Assembly: GCF_009914755.1 (NCBI RefSeq)
Contig: NC_060926.1
Source of the DNA: the human T2T-CHM13v2.0 reference genome, Homo sapiens
Length of the DNA: 64,000 nt
Reading direction: 5' to 3' (one strand)
Both the position numbers and the translations under genes were made by a program. Shown piece by piece: positions 1-12,760 of the stretch (position 1 is its first letter; each line of letters begins with the position of its first letter). Below the pieces are notes generated by a model, which worked only from the letters and a program-made list of their open reading frames with translations, was not told the DNA's origin and searched no databases.

Positions 1-359
1 AAAAACATACTCTAAATTTCAGACATTAATTTGTGATGAACTGCTTCTGAAAGAGGTAGTTCTACATGGAGTGAACCAAGGTAAATAGCAGCAGGGATCT
101 TTTCATATTACTCAGGATAAAAGAATGACAAATGTGTTCTATAAAGAGGATTTGACACAAATTTAAAACTTTAAAAACATTACGCTTTATATTAATTACT
201 ACAGTTATGAAAGAGTATCAGAATTACATATTAATATTTGTAGTTTCCATTAAACTTTATTTAACAACAGTTAATGATGCTCTTGAGCAATGCTAGACAT
301 TATAGTTAATATATAATTGAGCTTCAGAGCAGAATACTGGAAACAGAATGGAAGCTGAA

Positions 360-500
360 GACAGAGGGCTTTGGTACACATCCCTGCTACCCCACTTACT
401 GGTTATTTGACCTTGGATGAATTATTTATTAGTTTCTCACCTGTAAATTTGAAATAATAATATTCTTAGAAATGAATGAAATCATATGAAAAACACTTTA
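360..500 (+). mobile_element. MIR SINE fragment (degenerate)
   Basis: MIR core-like 'ccacttactggttatttgaccttggatgaatt...agtttctcacctgtaaa...ataataata'; boundaries approximate. Confidence 0.6.
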
Positions 501-1235
501 AGCATTTTGTCATTGTCATAAGTGTTCCCATCTTCAAAAAAATTTTTAATTGTTAACTGCCTGTTTATAGGTCTATGAAATTTTTAAAAAATTGTAGCCT
601 ATATAAATAGAGCACGTTGTCTATGATCAAAACAACTATATGGTGATAATCAGCAGTTAATTAAGGAAGATTGTTTCCAGATACCAAATTACTTGGCCAT
701 ATTTGCTTTCATTGATGAAACTTATTAACCATAACTCATTGGAAGTGGCCAGCTCCCTTGGCATCTAGAGTCATGTGGCATGAAAATATTGTATGTCATT
801 TACAGTTTTCCATTTATAAGTCTATCAGATATATTTCATTTCTGTATCTAGCCTTTCTGTTAAACAGTGCTTTAGCTGTGGTGGTGCCAATATTTTAAGC
901 TTCAGATTTTGAAGCAGAAGATTCCTAATAGTGTACATATGGCTGTAAATATTCCACACCCTGAAGCAACGCAGAGGACCACAGGGATATCTGGAAGAAT
1001 TTCAAAATGTCTGTAGCATGCAATAGTAGTTAGAGAGTATATACATGATGTTAAATAGTATGAGAATGAATGACATATAAACAGTTTTTAAACATCATAA
1101 ATATAAGGCAATTCTAAATAATAAATCTAAAATAACTCTAGGTAAGTAATTTATTAGAATAATTGAATAATAATAATTTAAGAACTAGCTAAGCCAAATG
1201 CTGAAAATCACAAGTAATAATTTCATCGGGACAAT

Positions 1236-1273
1236 TTCAGTATTACCTGTAAAATTCAGTATTACCTGTAAAA
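1236..1273. repeat. Perfect 19-bp tandem duplication
   Basis: TTCAGTATTACCTGTAAAA at 1236-1254 and 1255-1273. Confidence 0.95.
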
Positions 1274-2290
1274 TTATAACATTATGATTAACAAAAATAT
1301 TTTTGACATAATTTATGGAGGTTGCCTTCTTTCACATATTTAGATATGTAACTTTATGTTTCTCTTTCAAACATACTAATTTTATCTCTAGTAAAATTAT
1401 TAAAATTAACAAGATTTAAAATACAAACATAAACCTGGTGATTCCTCAAGGTTCATAATTTTCTATATTGCAGCTTAGCTTTTCTCAAATTGATATATCT
1501 GCCTAAAAGTATACCTATAGGTTGTATACCTATGCAACCTATCGGGTTGTCCTTATGTGTGCAAGTAACAGGCAATGTGATTTTACTGGCTTGTTTTGTT
1601 TATTTATAGTACCTCTCCCACCCAAACAGAAGTGCAATGTCTTACTATAAATAGCTACATCATAACATACAAAACATTAATCAAGGAAACTGAGATCAAG
1701 GAAAAAATGAATATAGAAAAAATAAGATGTAACCTAAAGTAAGGTTAGAATGCATATGGCTCAGTGTGCTTGCCAGAGAATGGCTACAAATTTAGCTCTA
1801 AGGAAAAAAACATGATCAGTTTACGATATACAGTGTCCATATGCTCAGTAGGTGTGGTTATTTCTGGTGCTGAGATCTATGAGACATCTCTCCCGGGCAT
1901 GGTCATAAAGTGGGCCCTCTCTGATGTAGTTAACAGCCATCAATAACAATAACATCTCCAGAGGTTATGTCTCCTAGGCCTTTTCATATAACATCTCTCT
2001 AAGCTGACTAATGCTATAGCATCAAAGTTCAGGAAAAGTAATTCTGCAGGAGCCAAACCATACAGAAGAGGGACCCAGGTCCCTAAAGAGCAAGAAATAG
2101 CCAGATTTGAGCCCCAGCCAATAGATAATGGCAAGGTGACCCCATCTTAATCCACAGACAATTTTAAAGTTAACTGGAGGAAAGAGTGACCAACATAGTT
2201 AAATGTCAAACTATCATTTATTTTCAGATAAATTAGAATAAGGGCAGAGGTTCCTTTAAACCTTTTATGCTGCATAATTTCTTCATTATT

Positions 2291-2603
2291 ATTATTATTA
2301 TTTACTATTTTTTTTTTTTGAGACGGAGTCTCGCTCTGTCGCCCAGGCTGGAGTGCAGTGGTGCGATCTCAGCTCACTGCAACCTCCACCTCCCGGGTTT
2401 AAGCAATTCTCTTCCTCAGTCTTCTGAGTAGCTGGGCTTACAGACACATGCCACCACACCTGGCTATTTTTATTTTTGTATTTTTAGTAGAGACAGGGTT
2501 TCACCATATTGGCCAGGCTGGTCTTGAACTCCTGACCTCGTGATCCACCTGCCTCGCCCTCCCAAAGTGCTGGGATTACAGGCCTGAGTCACTGCACCCG
2601 GCC
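2291..2603 (-). mobile_element. Full-length AluS element (AluSg-like)
   Basis: Reverse-complement Alu from T tract 'ttttgagacggagtctcgctctgtcgcccaggctggagtgcagtgg' to '...cacccggcc'. 'ctgacctcgtgatcc' with 'ggccaggctggtc' suggests Sg. Candidate TSD TCATTATT at 2283-2290 and 2604-2611; tail partly converted to (TAT)n. Confidence 0.97.
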
Positions 2604-4095
2604 TCATTATTTTAGCATATAGTGGAGGCTGTGATCATAGATCTTAGAAATAATCAAAAGAAAAAGAAAAACTATTGATGGGTAGTCAAATTTTAAAAAT
2701 AAAATGGAAGGTTTGGGTAATGAAAATGAAATGACTCATTTACTATTAGTATATTGGTATTGAGATATTTATGTTAAATTTCGTGCCAAGAATAAGAGAA
2801 GAAAAGCCAATGAATACAAATTAAATTTTACACTAGCACTGAAAGATATGAATGTCCAAAAATAAATGGAAAGGCCCACATTTCTTTTAACTGGACTTTC
2901 GAGATACAAAGCCAAATTATCTAAAAAAGAGAAATGGATATTTATAAACACATACTAAAATGTCTATATATGGACTACCAGTGATAATTACTTTGCACCT
3001 ATTCCCCTCAGCACCCAACTTGTCTTAGCCTATTTCTATTATCAGAACCTGAAAGCTGATTGGAAAGTGGAAGAAAGACCTGGATCAATTTGTATAATCT
3101 ACTTGCCTAATATTGTGAATAGATTCTAGGAGGTCTTTAGGTATTACCTTGATAACCAGATATTTCCTTTCAGAAACTTACTGCCAAAAAGATCAACACT
3201 TCAGTATTAGCCAAACAAAGAATTACAAAGAAAAATTAGGCTACAGGTAAATCTCAAGATTAATTCATGTCAAACCAATTAAATCAGATGCCAGTAGTAT
3301 CCAAGAAAAATCACTGAGGCATATAATGGACTTGGCTTAAAATTTAAGAAAAAGAGTAAGAAAATTCTCTTTGCTTTTGGCTGAGACAGAATGGAAGAAG
3401 GTTGAAGACTGAGATAGAAAATGGAAGATAAAGAGAGTTCAAGAGGAGGTAGGTAAAGCAGGAAAAAGCAGAGATGAAAGATGACTTCCTATCAGCTTTC
3501 CTCGTAGGTGCCAGCTACCAATTGGCCTTTACTCTCTGAAAGTGCTTGTGAGCTTTGAACTGGCTAATGTGCCCAGACTTTGCAGAACAAGGTGATAAAG
3601 GCATATTTGCGGACTGAGAAAAGGAATGAGCATAATATACAAGGGGGAAATTTTCAAGATCACTAGAGATAGAGACACAAAAATACACCTTAATGTACAG
3701 AAACAAACAGCTCCCCAATTTAAAAATAACTGAACCAGTGAATAAAAACAGATGTGGAGAGGTAGCTCCCACACAGGCAGACAGAGAGGAGGAGCTCAAG
3801 AAAGAGAAGAGGATAATGAGTTAGAGAAGGCTGTGGTGTTGGAGGAAAAGAAGGGTCAGAAGGAGGAAAACAGCCAAAAATGTACTTACTGGAATAGCCA
3901 CTGTAGAGCCTGACTATTTAAGATGCCAAGTTTCTGGCAAGACTCCCTTCTTTGCCAGCCTTTAGCTAAGTAGGAATAGAGTAGAAATCCACATGGAAAA
4001 TTTAAGTATTGGAGGACGGAGATGAGTGGGTTCTGTAGTCTTGCTATAATACTGTTGATTTTAGGATATGTTTTATTATAGGGAAGAATCATCTA

Positions 4096-4270
4096 TGTGA
4101 TGGCTAATACTGAGTGTCAACTTGACTGGATTGAAGGATGCAAAGTATTGATACTGGGTGTGTCCGTGAGGGTGTTGAAAAGGAGATTAACATTTCAGTC
4201 AGTGGGCTGGGGAAGGCAGACCCACCCTTAATCTGGTGGGCACAATCTAATCAGCTGCATTCGAATATAA

Positions 4271-4302
<32 letters not shown>

Positions 4303-4611
4303 CATGAAAAGGTGAGACTGAGACTGGCCTAGCTTCCCAGCCTACATCTTTCTCCCGTGTTGGATGCTTCCTGCCCTCGAACATTGGACTCCAAGTTCTT
4401 CAGTTTTGGGACTCCAACTGGCTCTCCTTGCTTCGCAAGCTTGCAGACAGCCTATTGTGGGACCTTGTGATCGTGTAAGTTAATACTTAACAAACTCCCC
4501 TTTATATATATAAAGATATTATATATATATTATATATATATAATATATATATATAAAATATATATATATATCCTATTAGTTCTTTCCCTCTAGGGAACCC
4601 TGACTAATACA
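4096..4611 (+). mobile_element. Solo MLT2A1 LTR (HERV-L)
   Basis: TG...CA termini ('tgtgatggctaatactgagtgtcaacttg' ... 'gaaccctgactaataca'), perfect 5-bp TSD ATCTA (4091-4095, 4612-4616), TATAAA 4266-4271, internal (TA)n ~4502-4571. Confidence 0.93.
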
Positions 4612-5525
4612 ATCTAGGACCCTATCTGGAGATATTAATGAAATACAAAAAACACCTCATCTATAACATCATCATTTATAAGGCAATCCCATAAGTGGAT
4701 CCTGAAGACATCTTCATAATTACGTTCTAGGGTATATGTGAATTGAAATTCCCAGGAAACAGGACTCTTCTCATAAAAGATGTATCTCTGTAGATAAATT
4801 CCAGAAACGTTACTGGATACTTCCTGTATGTGGGGATACACAAGGGTGTGAGGTGACCAAAGGAGTTTTCCTTTTTCTTGTAGCTGGTGACTAAGGGAAT
4901 TTTCCTTTTTCTTGTAGATCATACACTTGCTTGAAGTGACAACTGAAGAACAACCACACATAAACAAGTGCAAAATAATGAGGCTAAAAATGGGAAGACT
5001 GTAAAAGAAAAGTAGTCACTTAGACCTACTTCCATTCATAGCAAAGACAGAAAACATTCAAGGAATAGAGTAATTTGGTGGGGGCAAGGTAAATCATTGA
5101 CTACAATTAAATTTGAATCATGTCTTGAATTGCTGGTCTGTTGGGAAAGTGACTGACAGGTCCTTCATTAAGGAACTCCATGAGCAAAGGTACAAAGGGA
5201 AGAATGTAAAATATGTATATAAGGGACAGTGATCAAGAGGTGGTAGAAAAGATGTTTAAAGGAAAAGAAAAATGACCTTGGACAGCGATGAAATAAGGGA
5301 AAGAGATTGAAAAATAAACTTATGAGCCAAGAAAGTGATGTGATGAAAACAATATTTAAATTTTTCCCCTGTGGCTTTTTATAGTTTTACAGACACCCAG
5401 GATTTCTAGAGACAGGTGCCTGCTTAAAAGTGGGGAAGCAACATTTGTAAGATGCTTTGGTGGTTTCTATACTATTTGTTTCACACTGAACAAACAGCAG
5501 TGAATATAATGCAGATATTTTGAAA

Positions 5526-5528
<3 letters not shown>

Positions 5529-5572
<44 letters not shown>
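5529..5572. repeat. (GT)22 microsatellite followed by (GTT)n
   Basis: Directly visible. Confidence 0.98.
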
Positions 5573-5574
<2 letters not shown>

Positions 5575-8290
5575 GTGTTGTTGTTGTTGCTGCATTGCTG
5601 TTGTTGTTTGGGGAAGAGTATTACATCCAGTAAGTTACCTCTGGAAGAAACAATGACCACTTCCATCATTGTAAATGCGGAATGAAATCTGTTTACTCGT
5701 TACTTTTTATTGAGACCTTTATTTCATATGCAACAAGACAATTTGGAGAGTAGGGATTTTCTAAATCCATTGTTTTAGATTATCAAAGGAACACTCTAGG
5801 GCTACTGTGATACCTCCACTACTAATTGGTTTTGTTTAGTCATATTTCTAAAATCTATAATTTCAAAATAATTTGGTAAGATACTTATCTTGAAGTTGGA
5901 TCAGAGGAAGATACTGTCCTTAAATTATGGAATATATCATAAAAGGATGAACTTAATGCTCCATTCAACTTCTTCTTACTGCCATATTATCAAAGTAATA
6001 ATAATTGCATATGTAACACAGTGTGAGAAGACCTGCATAACAGTCTTTCGAAAATGGCCAGTGGTAGTGATACAGATGCAGAAATCTTTGGAAATGTTAT
6101 GTAAATATTTGAGTTCAGAATTTGGTTTGAAGTGTCTAGAAAAGGAACAAGATATTCAAATGAGACAAATGGCTTAGGGGGTTGATGGAAACAGATGGAT
6201 AGCAATTAGAGGGAATGCTAAGCATGAAGCACCACTGCAAATAGTTCCTGGCTGGAGAAGAGCAGATGATCTGAGCCTGGGAATGGGAGGACGGAGAAAA
6301 AAGAAGAAATTGCTTACTCCAGCTCTTGCTCGACCTTTACATCTAAGAAAAAAAAATTAAGGTAGAAAGCAACAAAGGAAATATCATCAAATGGAAGTTG
6401 TCTGTGATTCTCAGTATCTGTATAATTTAGCCTTTCTCCCCTGCTTCCCACCTCCCTCCCTCACCTGCTCTTCTTCAGTCTATTTGCCTCTTAACCAAAA
6501 GTCAGAATTTGTTTTATAAGTTTTGTTATTTTCTTCATTTTGTCATAAAGGTCCACAGAGTTTTCTCACAACTGCAATCTTAGAATAATAGTGATAAAGG
6601 GGAGAGAAAAAGAACTGATGGAAAGGTATTGGCTAATAAAATTTAATTTTTTCATGTTCAGGAAGTCTAGAAAAACTGAGTGAAACATGAGGGCGAAGGA
6701 CTTAATATGGCTTATAAATTTACCATGTACATGATCAAGATGATTGGCTGGAAATTCTCAGCTTGGGAAATCACTTTTAGCTGGAATAAGGGGGGCAAGT
6801 TGGAAAAGATGCAGAACTGTTGCATTATTGTTTGGTTTATTTTGATCATATTTAAATATATTGTACAATGATATTCAAAAAACACCATGTAGTAATGTTT
6901 ATTATTTAAATTTTATGTTTCCTTTTCTGAGGCTACCATTACACTAGTCTGAGGCATTAGTATTTTCACAGGAAATTCTCGGGCATAGTTGTAATCACTC
7001 ACCTTCAAAGATCTTTAAACATGTATCTTGACCATTGAAGACCTTACTGAAATCACATTAGGTCAAATAAGATGAATAACACAAGAAACGGTGTATAAGA
7101 AGAATTAAAATATTTGAGAGAAAACAAATCTAATTATTGAATGGTATTTAGTGGAAAGATGTTTGCTCTCAAGGATAGCAAGTTACTTAAATTGTACGCA
7201 TTCCTTGTTTTTTGGCAATGGAAGAAGAACCACTGGGGTTTTCAAAACATGTATCAATTAAGTCATAATGAATATGTATATATCCTGATTTGAAAAAAAG
7301 AACATTTTATACATATGTATATATCCTAAAGCTGACTGTTAAATATTAAAACAAATATAGTTATTTAATAACAAAAAATAAAGTGGACGTTAGAAACTAT
7401 TTAGACATGGTAATCAATACCAAAAACCTTCACAGATAATTTGGCCAAATGTTTAAGTTTTCATCAGAGAAAATGAGAAATATTCAAAGGAATACACAAA
7501 AATAAGATTATTACTAATTGTATTATTAATTATAATTATTACATTGTATAAATTATTATATGCACAGTAATAATGCAACCACAATTCTTGTAGAAGCATG
7601 ACTTTTAAAAAGTTTAGAATAAGATAGAGCATAGTTTAACGAAGCATATTATATGGCAGCAAGAATTCTACCTGAAAGTCAGAGGCCTGGATTTCTGCCC
7701 TAACCTTAAGCAAACGTCTTCACCATTTTAAGTTTCACTTATATATAAAATGAGAGCTTTGGACTAAATCACTTTCATTCTCTTCCAATACTCATATTTT
7801 ATGAATCTACAAAATCTTGTAATATTGAGGAAATGAGTTTTCAATCCAAGATTAGTGTTTAAAATTTGACTGCTTTCCAGGATTTAAAATTAACAAACTA
7901 TACTCATTTTTAAGGAGTATTTACATATTAAAAAGTTCTAGAAGCACATACACCAAAATGTTGACATTTATTTTATTTAACAGATATATATTATTGCTAT
8001 CTCATGGCAGGTACTATACTCTTCACCATGGATACAATGGAAAACAAGGAAGGCCTAGATTTTACCTTCAAGGAGTTTATAGACTAGTGCCTATCTCTGC
8101 AAGGCAAAATTGCAGTGTGATTTTGTGTCTTTCTTTAATCTCATTTTCTAGAGTTTGTTACATATAATACTATTGAAGGAAAAGAAAGTTACTACTTTTA
8201 AAAATTCAACTGTTTTTAAAAATCATGTAGTCTTTATCTTTACAAATAATGGTGCACAAAGGAATATTCAGAACTTAAATGACTCTAGGA

Positions 8291-8828
8291 TTTTTTCTGA
8301 CTTTTATATTAGGTTCAGAGGTACATGTACAGGTTTGTTATATGGGTAAATTGCATGTCACAGGGATTTGGTATACAGATTATTTTGTCGCCAAAGTAAT
8401 ACGCATAGTATCTAATAGGTTGTTTTTCTATCCTCAACCCCCCTCCCACCCCCAACTCTCAAGTAGGCCCTGGTGTCTGTTGTTCCCTTCTTTGTGTTCA
8501 TGTGTATTCGGTGTTTAGCTCCCACTTATAAGTGAGCACATGCGGTATTGGTTTTCTGTTCCTGTGTTAGTTAGCTAAGTGTTATGGCCTCCAGTTCCAT
8601 CCAAGTTGCTGCAAAGGACATAATCTCATTTTTTATGGCTTCATAGTATTCTATAGTATATACGTGCCACATTTTCTTCCACCTAGTCTACTTACATCGA
8701 TGGGCATTGAGATAGAGTCCATGACTTTGCTATTGTGAATAGCGCTGTGATGAACATACATGTTCATGTGTCCTTGTAGTGGAATGATTTATATTTCTTT
8801 TGGTATGTACCCAATAATGGGATTGCTG
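8291..8828 (-). mobile_element. 5'-truncated L1 3' end (old L1PA/L1PB, L1PA15/16-like)
   Basis: Antisense L1 3'UTR/ORF2 end: 'gtacatgtacaggtttgttatatgggtaaattgcatgtc', 'tttagctcccacttataagtgag', 'gggattgctg'; diverged TSD-like 'aggattttt' on both sides. Confidence 0.9.
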
Positions 8829-9689
8829 ACCTCAGGATTTTTAACAAAAGCAAGACAATTGCTCAAATCTATTCTTACGAGCAATGGGCTTTCTGAATTT
8901 TATGATGTCTGAATTTTATTGCTGACTTATTATTATATTATACCCTTGTGGCCAGTTGACCAGAGTACCCATGGTAGTATCATCAGGCTGCTTACAATTT
9001 CAGACCCCATCTAGAAACCTAGGAGACTCTTGTAAGGACTGTGGTCATAAAACACCAAGAGGGTACTTTTTCTAAAAGCAAACTCTTATGGACAAACCTC
9101 AGTAGCCCTATGCCCCATAGTAAAAACTCTGTAGTACTATATATAATGATAGATTTGATCCAAAACTAGAGCAACCTCTCTGATGAAGCCCATCATACTA
9201 TCAAAATCCTTTCCAGGAGCTCCACAACACTGCCCACTACTTGGTCAATTTTGTTCTCATCATTGTTTATTGTCCTCTGTTTAGTTTTGTATGATGCACT
9301 TTTGTTGCCTTAGAGTTCTCCTTGACCAAGGATCTATTTTGGATAAATTGGAGATTGCTTTTAACATTTGCAATGATGTTTTTCAACCAAATATTACTCT
9401 CTTTTTCATCACATTTTTTTCCTCTCCTTTCTGATAAATGTTCTTTTCGTAAGTATTAACACTTCCAAATCATCCATAGGCCTAGGTTCCACATGAATTT
9501 CACCTGACTGGCATTTTAGACATTGTTGTTATTGTTATTTTGTTATTACAATTACTTTTTCCTTACTAATCTGATAATACATAGCTTGCTACATATTTTC
9601 ATATGATTCATATTACCATTATTATTATTGCTATGACAGTTAATAATCTATTACTAATTGATATTAGTAATAACTCTAATATTAGTAAT

Positions 9690-9934
9690 ACCTCTAAGAT
9701 GGTAAATCAGCAATTTTTAAGGGTTGACTACCTTCTTTAAAATATCTTGCAGGCAGAAAAACAATATACTTCCACTGCAAACTGTCTGTTGATATCTATG
9801 TAATACAAAAAGTGAAAATAAACATTTTGGATAGAGAATAGTCTTGGAAATAAAGGCAAATATATAAAACCATAGACCCTGAGAGTGTTAAGGGCCTTAG
9901 AGACCTGCCTAATGCAGAAATGTATTGTATAGGT
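9690..9934 (+). repeat. Copy 1 of ~245-bp local direct duplication (partner 11702-11949)
   Basis: 'acctctaagatggtaaatcagcaatttttaagggttgacta' and 'tgatatctatgtaatacaaaaagtgaaaataaacattt' occur at both positions. Confidence 0.95.
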
Positions 9935-11701
9935 TCCCTAATAGCAGACATATTTATATACAATGTAGTAGTTATGGCCAAAAGGGGTATATGTTATAAT
10001 AATACATGTGATATTGATGATGATCTATGTAATTATATCAGGGAGAAGGTTCTTATTTTGTTAATAATTTAAGGGATAGTGCATCAATTCTATAGGCAGC
10101 CTACTATGATATTTAATAACTTCAGAAAATTCAGAGTAATATAATAGAGATATCAGTAGCTTATTAATTTGTAGAACTGGATTGCAACCACTCTTCCCTC
10201 AATGTCCTATAGTTCTACCGTGGTATTTTATTATTTTGCACCTAAGTTACATTCGTCATGTTGTAGTTTAAGCCTGTGTCATGATATTCTCTAGCCAGTA
10301 GGAATAATCTATATTTTTATCTATAGTTTTTAAGGTTTATTAGGTTAAAGTGATCCTTCATATATCTTGTCACTAACCTTTTATTTTAAATTTTTTTCAA
10401 GTCTTATAAACACAAGGCTGTTTTGCAGACACAAAGTCAAACTAAATGTTACCTCTGCCCTCAGGGAATTTCAGTGTAGCTAGGAAAAATGAAACAAATT
10501 ATAATAACCCCAAATTGGTTACTAGCTGAGCTTAATCTAAGCTCTTTTTGGTTGTGCAATGTAAACTGCAAAAGCATTTGAATATGAAGATGATCTGGCT
10601 ACAACAGTGCAGATTCTATTAATCACCAATATTAATTTGGCCTGGCGGGTGAACCTGTTCTCCCTCATTACTCAGTCCTGCCTAGAGCATGTGCCATAAA
10701 ATGTCCTAAGTGCTTTCCTCTCAAAAAAAACATTGCTGATAGACATTATTATGTACATTTTAAACATAAAAAGGTAAGGCTCAGAGAAGTTAAGTTCTTT
10801 CCTCAAGAGCCACAGCTAAAATCTTTTTGAGTCCAAGCCCCCAATATTTGCAATAAAATATGGCCATGTTCCCCTATTGTATCACAAATAGTTCCTATAT
10901 TAAATCCTCCCAATATCTCAGATCTAGCTGCAGGAACAATAGACTCTGATTAGGGCAAATAACATGGAAAGTATTGCCTTTTCTATATTCATAATTAAGA
11001 GATTTCTAGAAGAAATGAGAATTTAAAATAATTGAGATCAATTAACAGTGACTGCCAACAACATTGTGTTGTGAAAGATTCTGAAGACATGTCTGAGAAG
11101 AGTAGAAAAAAAGTGCCATAATTAATTATTGATGTTTACCATGAGAATAGAAAGGGGAAGTGGTTGAGTATACATTGTTCACTTTCTTTTTATCCTTAAT
11201 CTGCAGGGTACCACAGTTTACACATTTTCCCTACATATAATTTTGTGAATTTATGCTCACTTTATTTTTTACTACTATCCACACTATAATATACCATGAA
11301 CCTTTGTTCGCCCTTTGTTATCACATAAAACACTAATTTTTCTATTTTTGCTTATTGTGACTATCTACTTCAAGCAATTCTTTTCCTGATTATTAAGGGA
11401 ACAGATCCTTGACCCATTTAATTTATTACCTTTATCCAGAGACTATAGTTTGTAACTTTGAAGAGCTGGATATCATATGAACATAAAGAATCAAAGTTAA
11501 CATATAGGAATACAGAGTAATTTATAGCCACAAGGAATTGAGTTATGGTTACTATAGTAACCTTAACTATGAATGTTAAGTCTTTCTAAGGTAGAGAACT
11601 CAACCATAATAGAGCAGAAATATGGCTTTTTCATGCTTAATAAGCCAGAAATATTATATATCATAATTGTGTGCAATAAATTACATCTGTGGAGTAAAGA
11701 A

Positions 11702-11949
11702 ACCTCTAAGATGGTAAATCAGCAATTTTTAAGGGTTGACTAGCTTCTTCAAAATGTCCTATGGGCAGAAAAATAATATACTTCCCTGCAATTTGTCTAT
11801 TGATATCTATGTAATACAAAAAGTGAAAATAAACATTTGGATATATAATAGTCTTGGAAATAAAGACAAATATCTAATAAAATCACAGACCCTGAGAGTG
11901 GTAAGGACCTTAGACACCAGCCCAAAGCAGAAATGTGTTGTAATAGATT
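11702..11949 (+). repeat. Copy 2 of ~245-bp local direct duplication (partner 9690-9934)
   Basis: Same sequence 2012 bp downstream with scattered substitutions and small indels. Confidence 0.95.
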
Positions 11950-12760
11950 GTAGCCAGACTTGGCTTAAACCTCCAACAATAGAGATCTTATTTTCTCACC
12001 AAGCAGTCCTTCCGGTTGTTGTACAGATTGAGGTGTTATCATAAAGTTGTTTCTTTGAGCCAACAATATGCCTTCTTTTTTGCTTTCACCCGCTGATTCC
12101 TGCTCTGCTCTCTGGAATGACACAGTGAAAATAATCCCTGTAACAACATTTGACAGTCCTTTAGATATTTGAAGACAGCTATTAAGGTTTTCCACTAGTC
12201 TGATTCCTAAGTTTAACCTGTCTCTGTTCCTTCAACATTTCCCATAGATCATAGTTTTCTGACACTGCCAGCATCTGCCAGTCCCATAACAGATTGTAGA
12301 TGTCTTTCTTGAATTAAAGGGGAAGAGGGTGCCGAATTGAGCAAAGTAACTTTTCCATGTATCTAGTACATTCCAGGGATTGCGCCAACGTTATCTGACT
12401 ATCTCAGAATGAAGGGATTTACACTTTCCATAATATTCTTATTAACCATGTGGTCAACTAAATACTCCAGATTGTTTCACATGAACTGCTGTCTGATTGC
12501 TTTTTCCTCCCATTTTGTACTTACATATTTGCATTTCCACGTCTAGACTGCAGACTTTTATTCCTGCCAAATTTCATCTTGTTGTTTTGGTCTGATATTT
12601 TTGCCTGGAAGTATAAAGTTGGGCAATAAAATTTTGAATCTTGAGTCAACCATTGCCAAGCTCTTAGAATCTAATAATTATGTCTTCTATTTCCACTGAT
12701 GAAAGTGTTGATCAGTAGGGATTGAGGAAAGGAACTCTCCAGTCTTCCCTGTTTGCCTGC
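11890..12760 (-). mobile_element. L3/CR1 LINE fragment (ancient)
   Basis: L3-like motifs 'ttagatatttgaagacagctatt', 'ttccttcaacatttcccatag', 'aaatttcatcttgtt', 'ctgatgaaagtgttga'; boundaries approximate. Confidence 0.55.

Noticed and set aside
3330-3880. Purine-rich stretch with exon-enhancer-like GAA/GAG content
   Set aside because: No convincing splice-site pair or meaningful ORF; treated as low-complexity sequence
9690-11949. The two ~245-bp direct repeats as LTRs of a novel retroelement
   Set aside because: No TG...CA termini, TSD, PBS or PPT seen; copy 2 continues into an L3-like fragment
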